From Bdellovibrionales bacterium (lineage in GTDB: Bacteria; Bdellovibrionota; Bdellovibrionia; Bdellovibrionales; JAGQZY01): a stretch of DNA of 64,000 nt. Every line of letters begins with the position of its first letter. The stretch's first letter is position 1. The position numbers were made by a program, and so were the translations under genes. Location of the stretch: NCBI GenBank assembly GCA_964230645.1, contig CAXRHT010000002.1, forward strand, positions 1,696,001 to 1,760,000, in the 5' to 3' direction. This document shows positions 17,905-27,201 of the stretch, in pieces. The notes under the pieces were generated by a model. The model did no database searches, was not told where the DNA came from, and saw only the letters and a list, made by a program, of their open reading frames with translations.

Positions 17905-18589
17905 TGCTTTTTTTGGGGTCCAATCTTTTAGAAGGTCTTGAGGATTCTTTTTGTGGGACAGATTTCACCAACCCTTTTTGTTCCCAATACTCAATAATGC
18001 TCTGCCAAGTCTGTGGGTTTCCGTCAGAGGCAATATAGATATTCCCCTCCGACTTTTTTGAAGCCCCAATGAGAAATTGCACCAAATCACTCACATGGAT
18101 CATATTCACAAACTTTTCGGATTTGCCCACCCGTCCCGATCGCACCCAATCAAGAGGATTTCGGCCAGGGCCGTATATTCCCGCAGACATGACCAGACTA
18201 AATCCAAAGGAGAGTAAGAACTCTTCGCTGCGGGCTCTTTCCTTGGTTTTATCAAAAGGTGAGCTCTCTTCGATGTGCTGATGATCTTTATCAATAGCAA
18301 AGCTTCCAGTTGTTCCGATGACTATTGTTTTTTTGGATTTTTTTCTAAGAACACCGCTAAATTCTTTTGTAGTTTCCTCTATTGAAGGAGGAAACGTCCA
18401 ATAAGTCAGAGTCGCCTCTGGCAATTGATTCCAGCTTTCGGGGTCTTCTATGTCAAAATAAAGGAAGCCCTCTTTTTTTTGTCGGGAAGTCTTTATCAAT
18501 TGAAGACTGGAATCGTTTTTAAGTAACTCTTGTTCAAGATTTTGAGCAACATAGCCATAACCTAATATTAGAACGTCTACTTTATCCAT
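17831..18589 (-). CDS. NAD(P)-binding atypical SDR / epimerase-like protein
   Basis: ILGYGYVA, AGIYGPGRNP, NMIHVSDL. Confidence 0.8.
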   Translation of the reverse strand: MDKVDVLILGYGYVAQNLEQELLKNDSSLQLIKTSRQKKEGFLYFDIEDPESWNQLPEATLTYWTFPPSIEETTKEFSGVLRKKSKKTIVIGTTGSFAIDKDHQHIEESSPFDKTKERARSEEFLLSFGFSLVMSAGIYGPGRNPLDWVRSGRVGKSEKFVNMIHVSDLVQFLIGASKKSEGNIYIASDGNPQTWQSIIEYWEQKGLVKSVPQKESSRPSKRLDPKKSIKDLNLDLKFHNFQEAVFLMNQPS

Positions 18590-18622
18590 ATTTTGCTTTT
18601 ACTTGAGTGCCCCACCAAAAGC

Positions 18623-18650
18623 AAACAGGCTCTCTGGTTAGAGCCCGTTT
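18623..18650 (-). terminator. Putative intrinsic terminator after the YceI-family gene
   Basis: AAACAGGCTCT / AGAGCCCGTTT stem. Confidence 0.55.
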
Positions 18651-18659
18651 TCATTCAAA

Positions 18660-19226
18660 TTATTTTTTAGCAAGTTTGCTTGGTTTTCCTTTGAGTTGTA
18701 CTTTAAAGTCTAAGGTCACTTCATTATAGATCATTTTGTCGCCCAGATTTTTAAAGAAATCACCGGAGCCATAAATCATATCATATTTGGTACGATCAAA
18801 TTTCAAAGTGCCTGAATAAACCATTCCTTTTTTGGTGTAGTTGAATTCTACTGGGTTAGTCTTACCTTTGATGGTTAATTTTCCTTTGGCTTTACCGTCT
18901 TTAAGACTTTCAATTTCAAGTTTGGCAGTGGGCCATTTTTTAACTTCAAAAAAGTCTTCACTTTTCATATGGGTAAGGAACTTTGTTTTGTACTCACCAG
19001 TGAGATCTTCGACGGTGATCTGAGTGACATCAAGAACTAAGGTTCCTCCTGATATGTCTTTTCCTTTGGATTTTACCTGAGCCTTTTTTAAAGGAATTTT
19101 TCCGTAATGTTGACCGGTAACCTTTTTTCCTGTCCATTTAAATTCACTTTTAGCCGCATCGACTTCATAGGATTGAGCGGCAAAAGCCATGCTTAAAATT
19201 GATAAGGAAATTAATATTTGTTTCAT
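18660..19226 (-). CDS. YceI family protein
   Basis: Signal peptide, WTGKKVTGQHYG, HMKSEDFF, FDRTKYDMIYGS. Confidence 0.92.
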   Translation of the reverse strand: MKQILISLSILSMAFAAQSYEVDAAKSEFKWTGKKVTGQHYGKIPLKKAQVKSKGKDISGGTLVLDVTQITVEDLTGEYKTKFLTHMKSEDFFEVKKWPTAKLEIESLKDGKAKGKLTIKGKTNPVEFNYTKKGMVYSGTLKFDRTKYDMIYGSGDFFKNLGDKMIYNEVTLDFKVQLKGKPSKLAKK

Positions 19227-19284
19227 CCTGTCCTCCTGTAACTTTAGTACACTTTTAGATTAAGCTTGACTTTGTACAGATAAA

Positions 19285-19322
19285 AGAACAATTTTAAGGC
19301 TATCTTGTTCTAAATTTAGGAA
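19285..19322. promoter_or_regulatory. Candidate LysR operator between divergent yceI-like and lysR genes
   Basis: AGAACAA-N13-TTGTTCT inverted repeat overlapping the near-palindrome TTCTAAATTTAGGAA. Confidence 0.4.
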
Positions 19323-19327
19323 GTTTT

Positions 19328-20188
19328 ATGTGGTTCACAATCGAGCAAATCTTAACTCTCAAGGCTCTTAACGACTTTGGAAGTATCAATGCCGCCTCAG
19401 AGCACCTTAATAAAGCCAAATCGGCCGTAAGTTATTCTATTGAAAAACTTGAGGAACAACTGGGATTTGAGGTCTTGGACCGGAGTCAGTATCGCACTCA
19501 CCTTAGTGAAAAAGGTAAAAACTTTCTTTATCGTTCTCAAAATTTAATGAAGGAATGGGAGGCCTTAAAAGAGGAGGTTCAAAAAATCGCCTCGGGTGTA
19601 GAGATGAAACTCTCCCTAAGTGCTACAGCCATTTACCCCACCAACAAGCTCAACCCCGTTCTGCAAGGAGTGATTGAAAAGTTCCCTTCCACTGAATTCA
19701 TTTTTCACAGGGAAATTTTAAGTGGAGAAAAAATGCTCCTCACCGATCAAGTGGATATTGGGATTTTTGAAAGTCTGCAGAATACTGTCGATATCGAGGG
19801 AAAGAAAATTGGTAGCACCTGTTTAAAACTTGTGATCTGTCAAAACCATCCTTTTTTAGATCTTCCAAAAAAAGAACAAACTATGAGTGCCTTAGCTCGC
19901 TATCCACATATCATTCAAAGAAGTACGATTAGTGATTCTCAAAGCTTTGGACCTAAGGAAGAAGCCCCTCGGTGGACCGTCTCTGATATTGATTCCAAAA
20001 AAGATCTTATTCTCAATAACTTTGGATGGGGCCGACTGCCTGAGGACTTTGTGACAAAAGAGCTAAAGTCTAAGAAATTAGTCCACCTCGATCATCTGAA
20101 CTATGATCACAAACTGGATATTTTTATTTGCCGAAAGAAAAACAAGAACTTTGGTCCCGTTCACAATTTTATTTGGAATTCATTTTAG
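19328..20188 (+). CDS. LysR family transcriptional regulator
   Basis: GSINAASEHLNKAKSAVSYSIEKLEEQLG HTH; GWGRLP. Confidence 0.93.
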   Translation: MWFTIEQILTLKALNDFGSINAASEHLNKAKSAVSYSIEKLEEQLGFEVLDRSQYRTHLSEKGKNFLYRSQNLMKEWEALKEEVQKIASGVEMKLSLSATAIYPTNKLNPVLQGVIEKFPSTEFIFHREILSGEKMLLTDQVDIGIFESLQNTVDIEGKKIGSTCLKLVICQNHPFLDLPKKEQTMSALARYPHIIQRSTISDSQSFGPKEEAPRWTVSDIDSKKDLILNNFGWGRLPEDFVTKELKSKKLVHLDHLNYDHKLDIFICRKKNKNFGPVHNFIWNSF

Positions 20189-20329
20189 TTTCCCTTTAAC
20201 TAAACTCATTTAGTTTTGAGATCCATTGTGGTTTTCCATCAATTGTATTGTTTTGAAACACCAATATTCCTTGCACTCTCTAAATCTTTGAAATTTCCCA
20301 TAAAAGTACATATTTTCCCCCAATTTTGT

Positions 20330-20356
20330 TCAAGCCTTGTCTATATTTTCCGATGA
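20330..20356 (+). promoter_or_regulatory. Putative sigma28 (FliA) promoter of the fibre gene
   Basis: TCAA-N15-TCCGATGA versus consensus TAAA-N15-GCCGATAA. Confidence 0.55.
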
Positions 20357-20383
20357 GTACTGTAGCTATATATCGAGGATTAA

Positions 20384-23300
20384 ATGGTACGTTGGTCAAA
20401 TCTTTTTATAATAAGCTTTATTGCTTTTTGGCATTGCTTTGCTCATGCGGCACCATCGACCTTTACCTATCAAGGCCAAATTATCAAACCCAACGGTCAA
20501 GCCCTCGAAGCCTCAAGTGTTAGTTTTGTCATTGAAGTGGTTTCTCCCGGAGCGGAAGAATGTATCCTTTATCGCGAAGGCCACACTTTAAATATGTCGA
20601 ATTCCAATGGAATTTTCGCTATTGAAGTGGGTACAGGAACGCAATCCGGTTCTCAATATCAAGACACAACCAACTTACAAACAGCGATGAGTAATTCCAC
20701 CGGCACGGTGAATCCAGATCTATGTGTGATGGGTGGAAGTTACACTCCTACTTTGACAGACGGAAGAAAATTAAGGGTTTCTTTTAACGATGGATCAGGT
20801 TTGGTTACTCTCGATGAGGACCACAATGTTGTGAGTGTCCCATACGCTGATAGTGCTAGTTCTCTTGATGGCTTAGGGGCTGTTGACTTTATCCAGGTTA
20901 ATAGCGGCCCAGGATTCAACCTTGACCAAACCAATATAAATTTTGTTTTTAATGACGCCAACTGGACCGAGCTGCAAGCTCTTCTTGATGGTAGTAGTTC
21001 AAGCTTCACCGCCCCTGCCCCCTCGGGTGACGTAGATAACAACAATCAAAAAATCATCAATCTCGATAACCCCGATCCGAACACAGACTCAGATGCTGTC
21101 AATGTTGGCTACGCTAGAAGTTACATTGGCGGACAACAAGTAAATACGACTGATATAGGAGCATTGGGTGCTGGTCAAGATGGCGAAGTTCTTACTTGGG
21201 ATGGAACTCAGTGGAATTCCGAAGTAATTAATGACACCTCAAAATTACCTCTTGGTGGTGGGACAATGACTGGTCCTATCGATATGGGAAGTCAAAACTT
21301 AACTAACGCTAACAATATAGCTGCGGGTAATGACGTCTCTGTGGGTAACGATCTCACTGTTGCCGGAGGAATTGGTGTAAGTAATGGTGTTAGCTCCGAT
21401 GGCAATGTACTTTTAAATAATGAAAGAGAACTGCAATTATTAGAAGCCACAGTGAATGGAAACGACTATGTTTCGTTAAAGGCGCCATCGAACTTAGCGA
21501 GCCCTGTCAATTTAGTTCTTCCCGGTGATAATGGTGATCCTGGACAGTTTTTACAAACCGATGGTAGCGGTCTCCTCTCCTGGCAGACAGTCACAGCGGG
21601 GGTGAGCTCTTTTAACACACGTACGGGTGCCGTCACAGCACAAGCCAGTGACTATGATGCCAATCAGATTGATTTTGATAACACTTATGGTGGAGACGTC
21701 GACTCTGCTACCGAAGTGCAAGGAGCCATTCAAGAATTAAGTAACGAAAAGGTCGCTAAAAATGGTGACTCAATGACTGGCAATCTTGTTATGGATCTTA
21801 ATGGCGGAGCAACAACAGAACTTCGCTTTATGGACACTGGCACCAACTATGTGGGCTTTCGCGCACCTAACACCGTAACCGCCACTTCTTTTGTCTGGAC
21901 CCTACCTGACGATGATGGATTGGCGGGACAAGTTTTGCAAACAAGTGGCGCTGGCATTCTTTCTTGGACAAGTATGGCCTCAGAATCCCGTACAGTAACG
22001 GCGGGACAAGGTTTAACCGGTGGTGGTGATCTAAGTGCTAACCGCACTTTCGATATTGGAGCTGGAAACGGTATCGCAGTTAATGCCGATGATATTGAGG
22101 TCAGAGCGGGTAACGGAATCAGCGTCGATGGCACGGGAGTGAATGTCGATATAGCGGGTACGGCTGACGAATCCATTGTCGAGGGAGCGGATTCATTATT
22201 GATTCGAGATAATTCCGATGCGAGTAACCTAAAAGAAATGACTCGTGCCAACTTTGTTCTTTCAGAATCTGAGGTGGATACCTTTGTTTCAAACAACGGC
22301 TACTTCGAGGACGGCGGCAATAGCTCAACAGGTAATCTAACTCTTGGAAACAATAATAACTTTGGATTGAACTTTGAAACCAATAATTCGATTGCCATGA
22401 CAATAGATAATATAGGTAATATCGGAATCGGCACAACAAGCCCTAGTCAGAAGCTAGTTATCGGTGATGACCTCGGTGTGATTTCTGGAAACAATGCAGC
22501 AGTTATTGGTGCATCAGGAACTGCTAATACACAGTTATTCATGGGAAATGATGATGACAATTTTGGAAATTTTTATTGGGATGGAACTAATGATGATTTC
22601 CATATTAGAACAAAGAGCGCTGGAACGCTTAACGCTAATCAATTGGTTTTAGATTCATCGGGTAATATTGGTGTGGGTATTCCAACACCCGCCGCACCTT
22701 TACACGTTAGTGAATCTTTTGATCCCGCTATTGGCGCTCTTGATACAGGTACCTTGGCTGTTTTTTCCCGTAGCAACACCGCAAACGCCGATGCTTTCGT
22801 ATCGATCCTTTCAAGAAGTTCTGGTACATCGGGTGTGAATTTCGGGTCACAGGCAGCAGAAGATACAGGCTTTATTCACTACACTCACACCAGCGGATTA
22901 GACTTGGGAACCGCTGGAGCCAGCCGAGTACATATAGACGCATCTGGACTTGTTGGTATAGGAACTTCAGTTCCTAACAGAAATTTAACAGTTTTAAATG
23001 GTGGTAACGATTCTGCTGCTATCGCAATCGAAACTCCAGGAACGCAATCAAATCAGACGGCACAGATTGATTTGGTATCTCTATCCGACTCTAATATTTT
23101 GGGCACTGGCGCAACTAACAAAGGCTGGCAGATCTTTACTCGAGGGGACTCCTTCTCTTCGGCCAATCAAAGGAATGATTTTGGTATTACCCTTTGGGAT
23201 GGCTCTAGTTGGACAGACGCCTTCCGTATTGACTCTATCACCGGTAATATTGGAGTGGGTGTGCTAAATGCCACTTCCAAACTACAGGTTTCCGGCGGAC

Positions 23301-26300
23301 TACAAATTGGTGATGACGCCGCTCTTTGCAATGGCACCAAAGCCGGAACTCTAAAATATAGTGGAACAAGCGTTTCTTACTGTGATGGAACATCTTGGGA
23401 AGCTTTTGGCACAGCTGCCGGTGGTGAAGTTAATACGGCTAGTAACGTCGGCTCTGGAACAGGTATCTTTGCCACTAAAAACACCACGGACCTGGAATTC
23501 AAATCTCTTGGAGCCGGTAGCACAAAGATATCAATTTCAAGCACGGCCACTGATGTGACTCTTGATATTGCCGAAGCTAATTTTGATCCCAGTGTTATTC
23601 CTGTAGGTACAACCACACTAACGGCCTCCAACCTAGAAGCCGCTCTGAATGAGTTAGATAGTGATAAAGCCGAAAACACAAGAATCATAGCCTCAGGCAA
23701 TGGACTAACCGGTGGTGGTGATCTCTCAGCTGACAGAACTCTCGCTGTGGGAGCTGGCAACGGGATTACTGTTAATGCCAATGATGTTGCTGTCACCGCT
23801 GGTAACGGAATTTCAGTAGACGGATCAGGAGTCCATGTCGATGTGACCGGAACTACCGCTGAGACTTCGGTTAACGACGCGGATGAGCTTCTAATTTACG
23901 ACACTTCAGCGACCGCTTTAAGAAAAATGACTCGTGACAATTTCGTCCTTTCCGACTCAGAAGTACAAACAATTGTTAACGCAATGGGGATTGGTGATAT
24001 CTTGAACGGGGGGAACACTGAGGCCTCCGATGTAACAATTGGTACGAATGATGCTTTTAATCTCAACCTTGAGACCGCTGGCAGTACGGCAATGACTATT
24101 AGCAGTTCAGGAAACGTTGGTATTGGAACCACAAGCCCATCTGGCAAATTAACAGTTGAAGGGAATACCGGCGCACTCACTTTACAGAGATTTGGTTCAT
24201 CATTTGGTACCGGTATTATCTTTCGCCATGGGAATGGAACTTCAGGCGCACCAGCCCAATCTCCGTCAAGTAGCGGTGCCGGCCGGATGGTAGGCTATGC
24301 TTATGATGACACAGGCACTTATCGTCCTGTTGCAGGAATCAATTATAATACTCAAGCAAGCATTACATCCACCGATTGGTCCGGACGTATGACCTTCGGC
24401 ACAGGCAATTCAGATGGATCTTACAGTGAAAAGATGAGACTCACTTCTGAAGGTAACGTTGGTCTAGGCACTACAGGGCCAAGCACCAGACTCTATGTGC
24501 TAGATAGTAGAAGCCAATCGCAAGCGGTTTTTGATTCAGAATCGAGACATATAGGTATTACAAATTCCGCAACGAGTAGTTTGATAGATTACTCCCAAGA
24601 AGGGGATCTACGTTTTCGCTCTCAAAATTATGCAAATCGTGGAAATAACTCTGGCACCACCCGCATGACAATAACAGGCAGTGGTGATGTTGGTATTGGA
24701 ACGACCACTCCTAGAGAGGCTTTGGATATTAATGGAAAGCTTACCATTGGTAGTGCCACGGGTGGTGACGCAGGTATCGCTTATTTCAGCCGAGGGTCAG
24801 ATGGTAATGAAACAGTAAAATTAGGTTACCTGAATGCTTCTGAAGATAACGAATTTCAATTTTACCACTCTGGTGGAGATGGATATTTTACCTGGCACAC
24901 CAACGACTCAGCGGTTGAAGAACAGATGAGACTTGATAACCAAGGGCGTTTAGGAATTGGAACCTCAAGTCCTTCAACAGCTCTTGATGTCAATGGAACA
25001 GTGACTGCAACGGCTTTTGTTGGAGATGGCTCAGGACTCACCGGAATTGGTGGTGGTTCTTCAAACTCTGGTGAGAGCTCAAGCAACTATGTGATCAACA
25101 CTGATTCCGATGGATCCACAGGAGATGGTGGAGTTCTTTTTCAATCAAATGGTTCTACCGTTGCTTCAGTAACAGAGTCGGGCTCGATAAATGCCAACTC
25201 CGGTTCCACTTCCCTAGTAGGATTTGGGTTCCAAGGAGATCAGGATACCGGTTTGTTTTCTCCGGCGTCCAATACTGTCTCCCTCAGTGCTGGAGGAGTT
25301 GAAGCTTTAAGAGCTAATTCGGTTGCCTCGGCTGTTAACTATGTCGAAATTAATCCCGCTGTCACTGGTAGCGGTCCGCAAATCGCAGCCGCGGGGGCTG
25401 ATACAAATATTGATCTCAATTTCAGTCCCAAAGGTAGTGGAAACACAGTCTTTACTAACGGAAACGTGGGTATTGGTACAGACTCCCCTATATCTCCGAT
25501 GACAGTCTATGGTAACAATAGCAACCCTCAGTTGCGTGTGTACGGAAACGATGACAAGCGCCTAAATGCCTTCGTTAAAGATGGTGAGGGTTATATTTAC
25601 GCCTACGAAGACTCTCCCGTCCAAACTGTGCCTCTTCATCTTGGAGGAAGTTCCACTTCTCCTCAACTCTCAATCACACAAGTCGGGAATGTTGGAATCG
25701 GGACTACGGCTCCAGCGAGTAAACTCGAAGTGGCTGGAACGACAACCACAACCGGTCTTTCGATAAATGGTGGTGCCGTAGCTGGTAATACTATACTAGC
25801 CTCCACCAACGGTCGAGTTTCTCATTCGTGGAATGGAGGCTCTAGCACTATGACCTTAAGAAATGATAATACTAATAATAATTCTTCAGTCTCAGTGCTA
25901 GCACTTGATCGCTCCAGGTTCGGCGTGACTTCAGATATACAAAGTGGATTTGCCGGGAACATGAGAATGAACTTAGAAGGAGCCACTAACGCGTCCACCG
26001 CTAACGCTGCCGATTTAACTTGGGGCTGGGAGAACAATCAAACCAACGATACTACGGATAGAGACTCCTATGTCAGTCTATCCACGGCACAAGATGACGT
26101 GCTATTGGAAAAATTCAGAATTACCTCTTCGGGCAATGTTGGTATCGGAACAACCAACCCGAGTGCAAAGTTGAATGTTGTTGTTGATTCACCAGTAAAC
26201 CCCGAGGATGATCAAATCGAGCTAACAACCTACGCCGACACTATAGCATCTGGATTGGTTTTGCGAAGAGCTGGTAATTCCTTGGCGAGTCCAGAGCCTG

Positions 26301-27082
26301 TGCCTTTGGGGAGCTATATAGGAGCGATGTTCACTGGCGCCTATGATACAACTCAGTTTATCCCTTCTGGGCATATTGCGATCGGGACAGAGACAGAATT
26401 TACGACAAATTTGGTGGATCAAGATACCTACTATACTCTGCGACTTTTGAATGATGGAGTTGTGGAAGAAAAGATGAGAGTGACTTCCAATGGAAATGTA
26501 GGGTTCAACACTGTGCCGTCGGCTGATTTAGATATTGAAAGCGCAGACTCTGTGGGCACAACCGTTGAAATCACCAGCACGGCTCCTGGTGGCAGGCGCT
26601 ATGTTTTAGGTTCGACTGGTCCAACAAGTACGTCAGGAGCGGCAGGGAACTTTACAATCTTTGATAGAGACTCCGCAGCACATCGATTTTTAATCGCTCC
26701 CGGTGGCGATGTGGGTATAGGATCGACCTCCCCTCGCTCAAAACTTGATGTGGATGGATCTATTTCTTCGGCTCCTGCTTTTGCCGAAGCCGCTGGCGCC
26801 ATTGACTTTGCTAACAGTAACTTTGCGTTTTCAGCTAGTGATTGTGGAGCCTTTGACCTTCATAATATGAAAGATGGGGCCACTTATACTCTAGCCATTC
26901 AAGGCACTGGAGTGGGAACCTGTAACTTCAGTGCTTATGCGACAGGAGATACTTCCGCCCCACTCACGGTAAAATATCCTCCTGGCCATGGAGCCACCAC
27001 AAGTGGAGCGGAAACTCTTTATTCCTTCGTTGTGATCGGAAGTAGCGTCTATGTCGCCTGGGTCCCTGGCTACACACCCTAA
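20384..27082 (+). CDS. Giant phage-tail-fibre-like adhesin (Bdellovibrio mosaic adhesive trimer-like), 2232 aa
   Basis: Signal peptide, N-terminal TYQGQIIKPNG...CILYRE domain, about 13 GNVGIGTTxP repeats, duplicated GLTGGGDLSAxRT module; no recognisable S74 chaperone at the C-terminus. Confidence 0.8.
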   Translation: MVRWSNLFIISFIAFWHCFAHAAPSTFTYQGQIIKPNGQALEASSVSFVIEVVSPGAEECILYREGHTLNMSNSNGIFAIEVGTGTQSGSQYQDTTNLQTAMSNSTGTVNPDLCVMGGSYTPTLTDGRKLRVSFNDGSGLVTLDEDHNVVSVPYADSASSLDGLGAVDFIQVNSGPGFNLDQTNINFVFNDANWTELQALLDGSSSSFTAPAPSGDVDNNNQKIINLDNPDPNTDSDAVNVGYARSYIGGQQVNTTDIGALGAGQDGEVLTWDGTQWNSEVINDTSKLPLGGGTMTGPIDMGSQNLTNANNIAAGNDVSVGNDLTVAGGIGVSNGVSSDGNVLLNNERELQLLEATVNGNDYVSLKAPSNLASPVNLVLPGDNGDPGQFLQTDGSGLLSWQTVTAGVSSFNTRTGAVTAQASDYDANQIDFDNTYGGDVDSATEVQGAIQELSNEKVAKNGDSMTGNLVMDLNGGATTELRFMDTGTNYVGFRAPNTVTATSFVWTLPDDDGLAGQVLQTSGAGILSWTSMASESRTVTAGQGLTGGGDLSANRTFDIGAGNGIAVNADDIEVRAGNGISVDGTGVNVDIAGTADESIVEGADSLLIRDNSDASNLKEMTRANFVLSESEVDTFVSNNGYFEDGGNSSTGNLTLGNNNNFGLNFETNNSIAMTIDNIGNIGIGTTSPSQKLVIGDDLGVISGNNAAVIGASGTANTQLFMGNDDDNFGNFYWDGTNDDFHIRTKSAGTLNANQLVLDSSGNIGVGIPTPAAPLHVSESFDPAIGALDTGTLAVFSRSNTANADAFVSILSRSSGTSGVNFGSQAAEDTGFIHYTHTSGLDLGTAGASRVHIDASGLVGIGTSVPNRNLTVLNGGNDSAAIAIETPGTQSNQTAQIDLVSLSDSNILGTGATNKGWQIFTRGDSFSSANQRNDFGITLWDGSSWTDAFRIDSITGNIGVGVLNATSKLQVSGGLQIGDDAALCNGTKAGTLKYSGTSVSYCDGTSWEAFGTAAGGEVNTASNVGSGTGIFATKNTTDLEFKSLGAGSTKISISSTATDVTLDIAEANFDPSVIPVGTTTLTASNLEAALNELDSDKAENTRIIASGNGLTGGGDLSADRTLAVGAGNGITVNANDVAVTAGNGISVDGSGVHVDVTGTTAETSVNDADELLIYDTSATALRKMTRDNFVLSDSEVQTIVNAMGIGDILNGGNTEASDVTIGTNDAFNLNLETAGSTAMTISSSGNVGIGTTSPSGKLTVEGNTGALTLQRFGSSFGTGIIFRHGNGTSGAPAQSPSSSGAGRMVGYAYDDTGTYRPVAGINYNTQASITSTDWSGRMTFGTGNSDGSYSEKMRLTSEGNVGLGTTGPSTRLYVLDSRSQSQAVFDSESRHIGITNSATSSLIDYSQEGDLRFRSQNYANRGNNSGTTRMTITGSGDVGIGTTTPREALDINGKLTIGSATGGDAGIAYFSRGSDGNETVKLGYLNASEDNEFQFYHSGGDGYFTWHTNDSAVEEQMRLDNQGRLGIGTSSPSTALDVNGTVTATAFVGDGSGLTGIGGGSSNSGESSSNYVINTDSDGSTGDGGVLFQSNGSTVASVTESGSINANSGSTSLVGFGFQGDQDTGLFSPASNTVSLSAGGVEALRANSVASAVNYVEINPAVTGSGPQIAAAGADTNIDLNFSPKGSGNTVFTNGNVGIGTDSPISPMTVYGNNSNPQLRVYGNDDKRLNAFVKDGEGYIYAYEDSPVQTVPLHLGGSSTSPQLSITQVGNVGIGTTAPASKLEVAGTTTTTGLSINGGAVAGNTILASTNGRVSHSWNGGSSTMTLRNDNTNNNSSVSVLALDRSRFGVTSDIQSGFAGNMRMNLEGATNASTANAADLTWGWENNQTNDTTDRDSYVSLSTAQDDVLLEKFRITSSGNVGIGTTNPSAKLNVVVDSPVNPEDDQIELTTYADTIASGLVLRRAGNSLASPEPVPLGSYIGAMFTGAYDTTQFIPSGHIAIGTETEFTTNLVDQDTYYTLRLLNDGVVEEKMRVTSNGNVGFNTVPSADLDIESADSVGTTVEITSTAPGGRRYVLGSTGPTSTSGAAGNFTIFDRDSAAHRFLIAPGGDVGIGSTSPRSKLDVDGSISSAPAFAEAAGAIDFANSNFAFSASDCGAFDLHNMKDGATYTLAIQGTGVGTCNFSAYATGDTSAPLTVKYPPGHGATTSGAETLYSFVVIGSSVYVAWVPGYTP

Positions 27083-27123
27083 TTATTCATAGCTATTCTA
27101 ATAATTTCAAATACTTAGAGATA

Positions 27124-27153
27124 AAAAGAAGGCTTGATTCCAAAGCCTCTTTT
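27124..27153 (+). terminator. Putative intrinsic terminator after the fibre gene
   Basis: AAAAGAAGGCTT / AAGCCTCTTTT stem. Confidence 0.55.
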
Positions 27154-27201
27154 CAATAGATTGTCCCCTTTGATCAAATTGGAATCGAAGGGGTAGTGAC
27201 G

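Noticed and set aside
20384..27082. Diversity-generating retroelement target
   Set aside because: No reverse transcriptase, and no near-identical TR/VR pair differing at adenines; the internal duplicates differ at all base types
20384..27082. Prophage tail gene
   Set aside because: It has a signal peptide and no neighbouring phage structural, integrase or lysis genes
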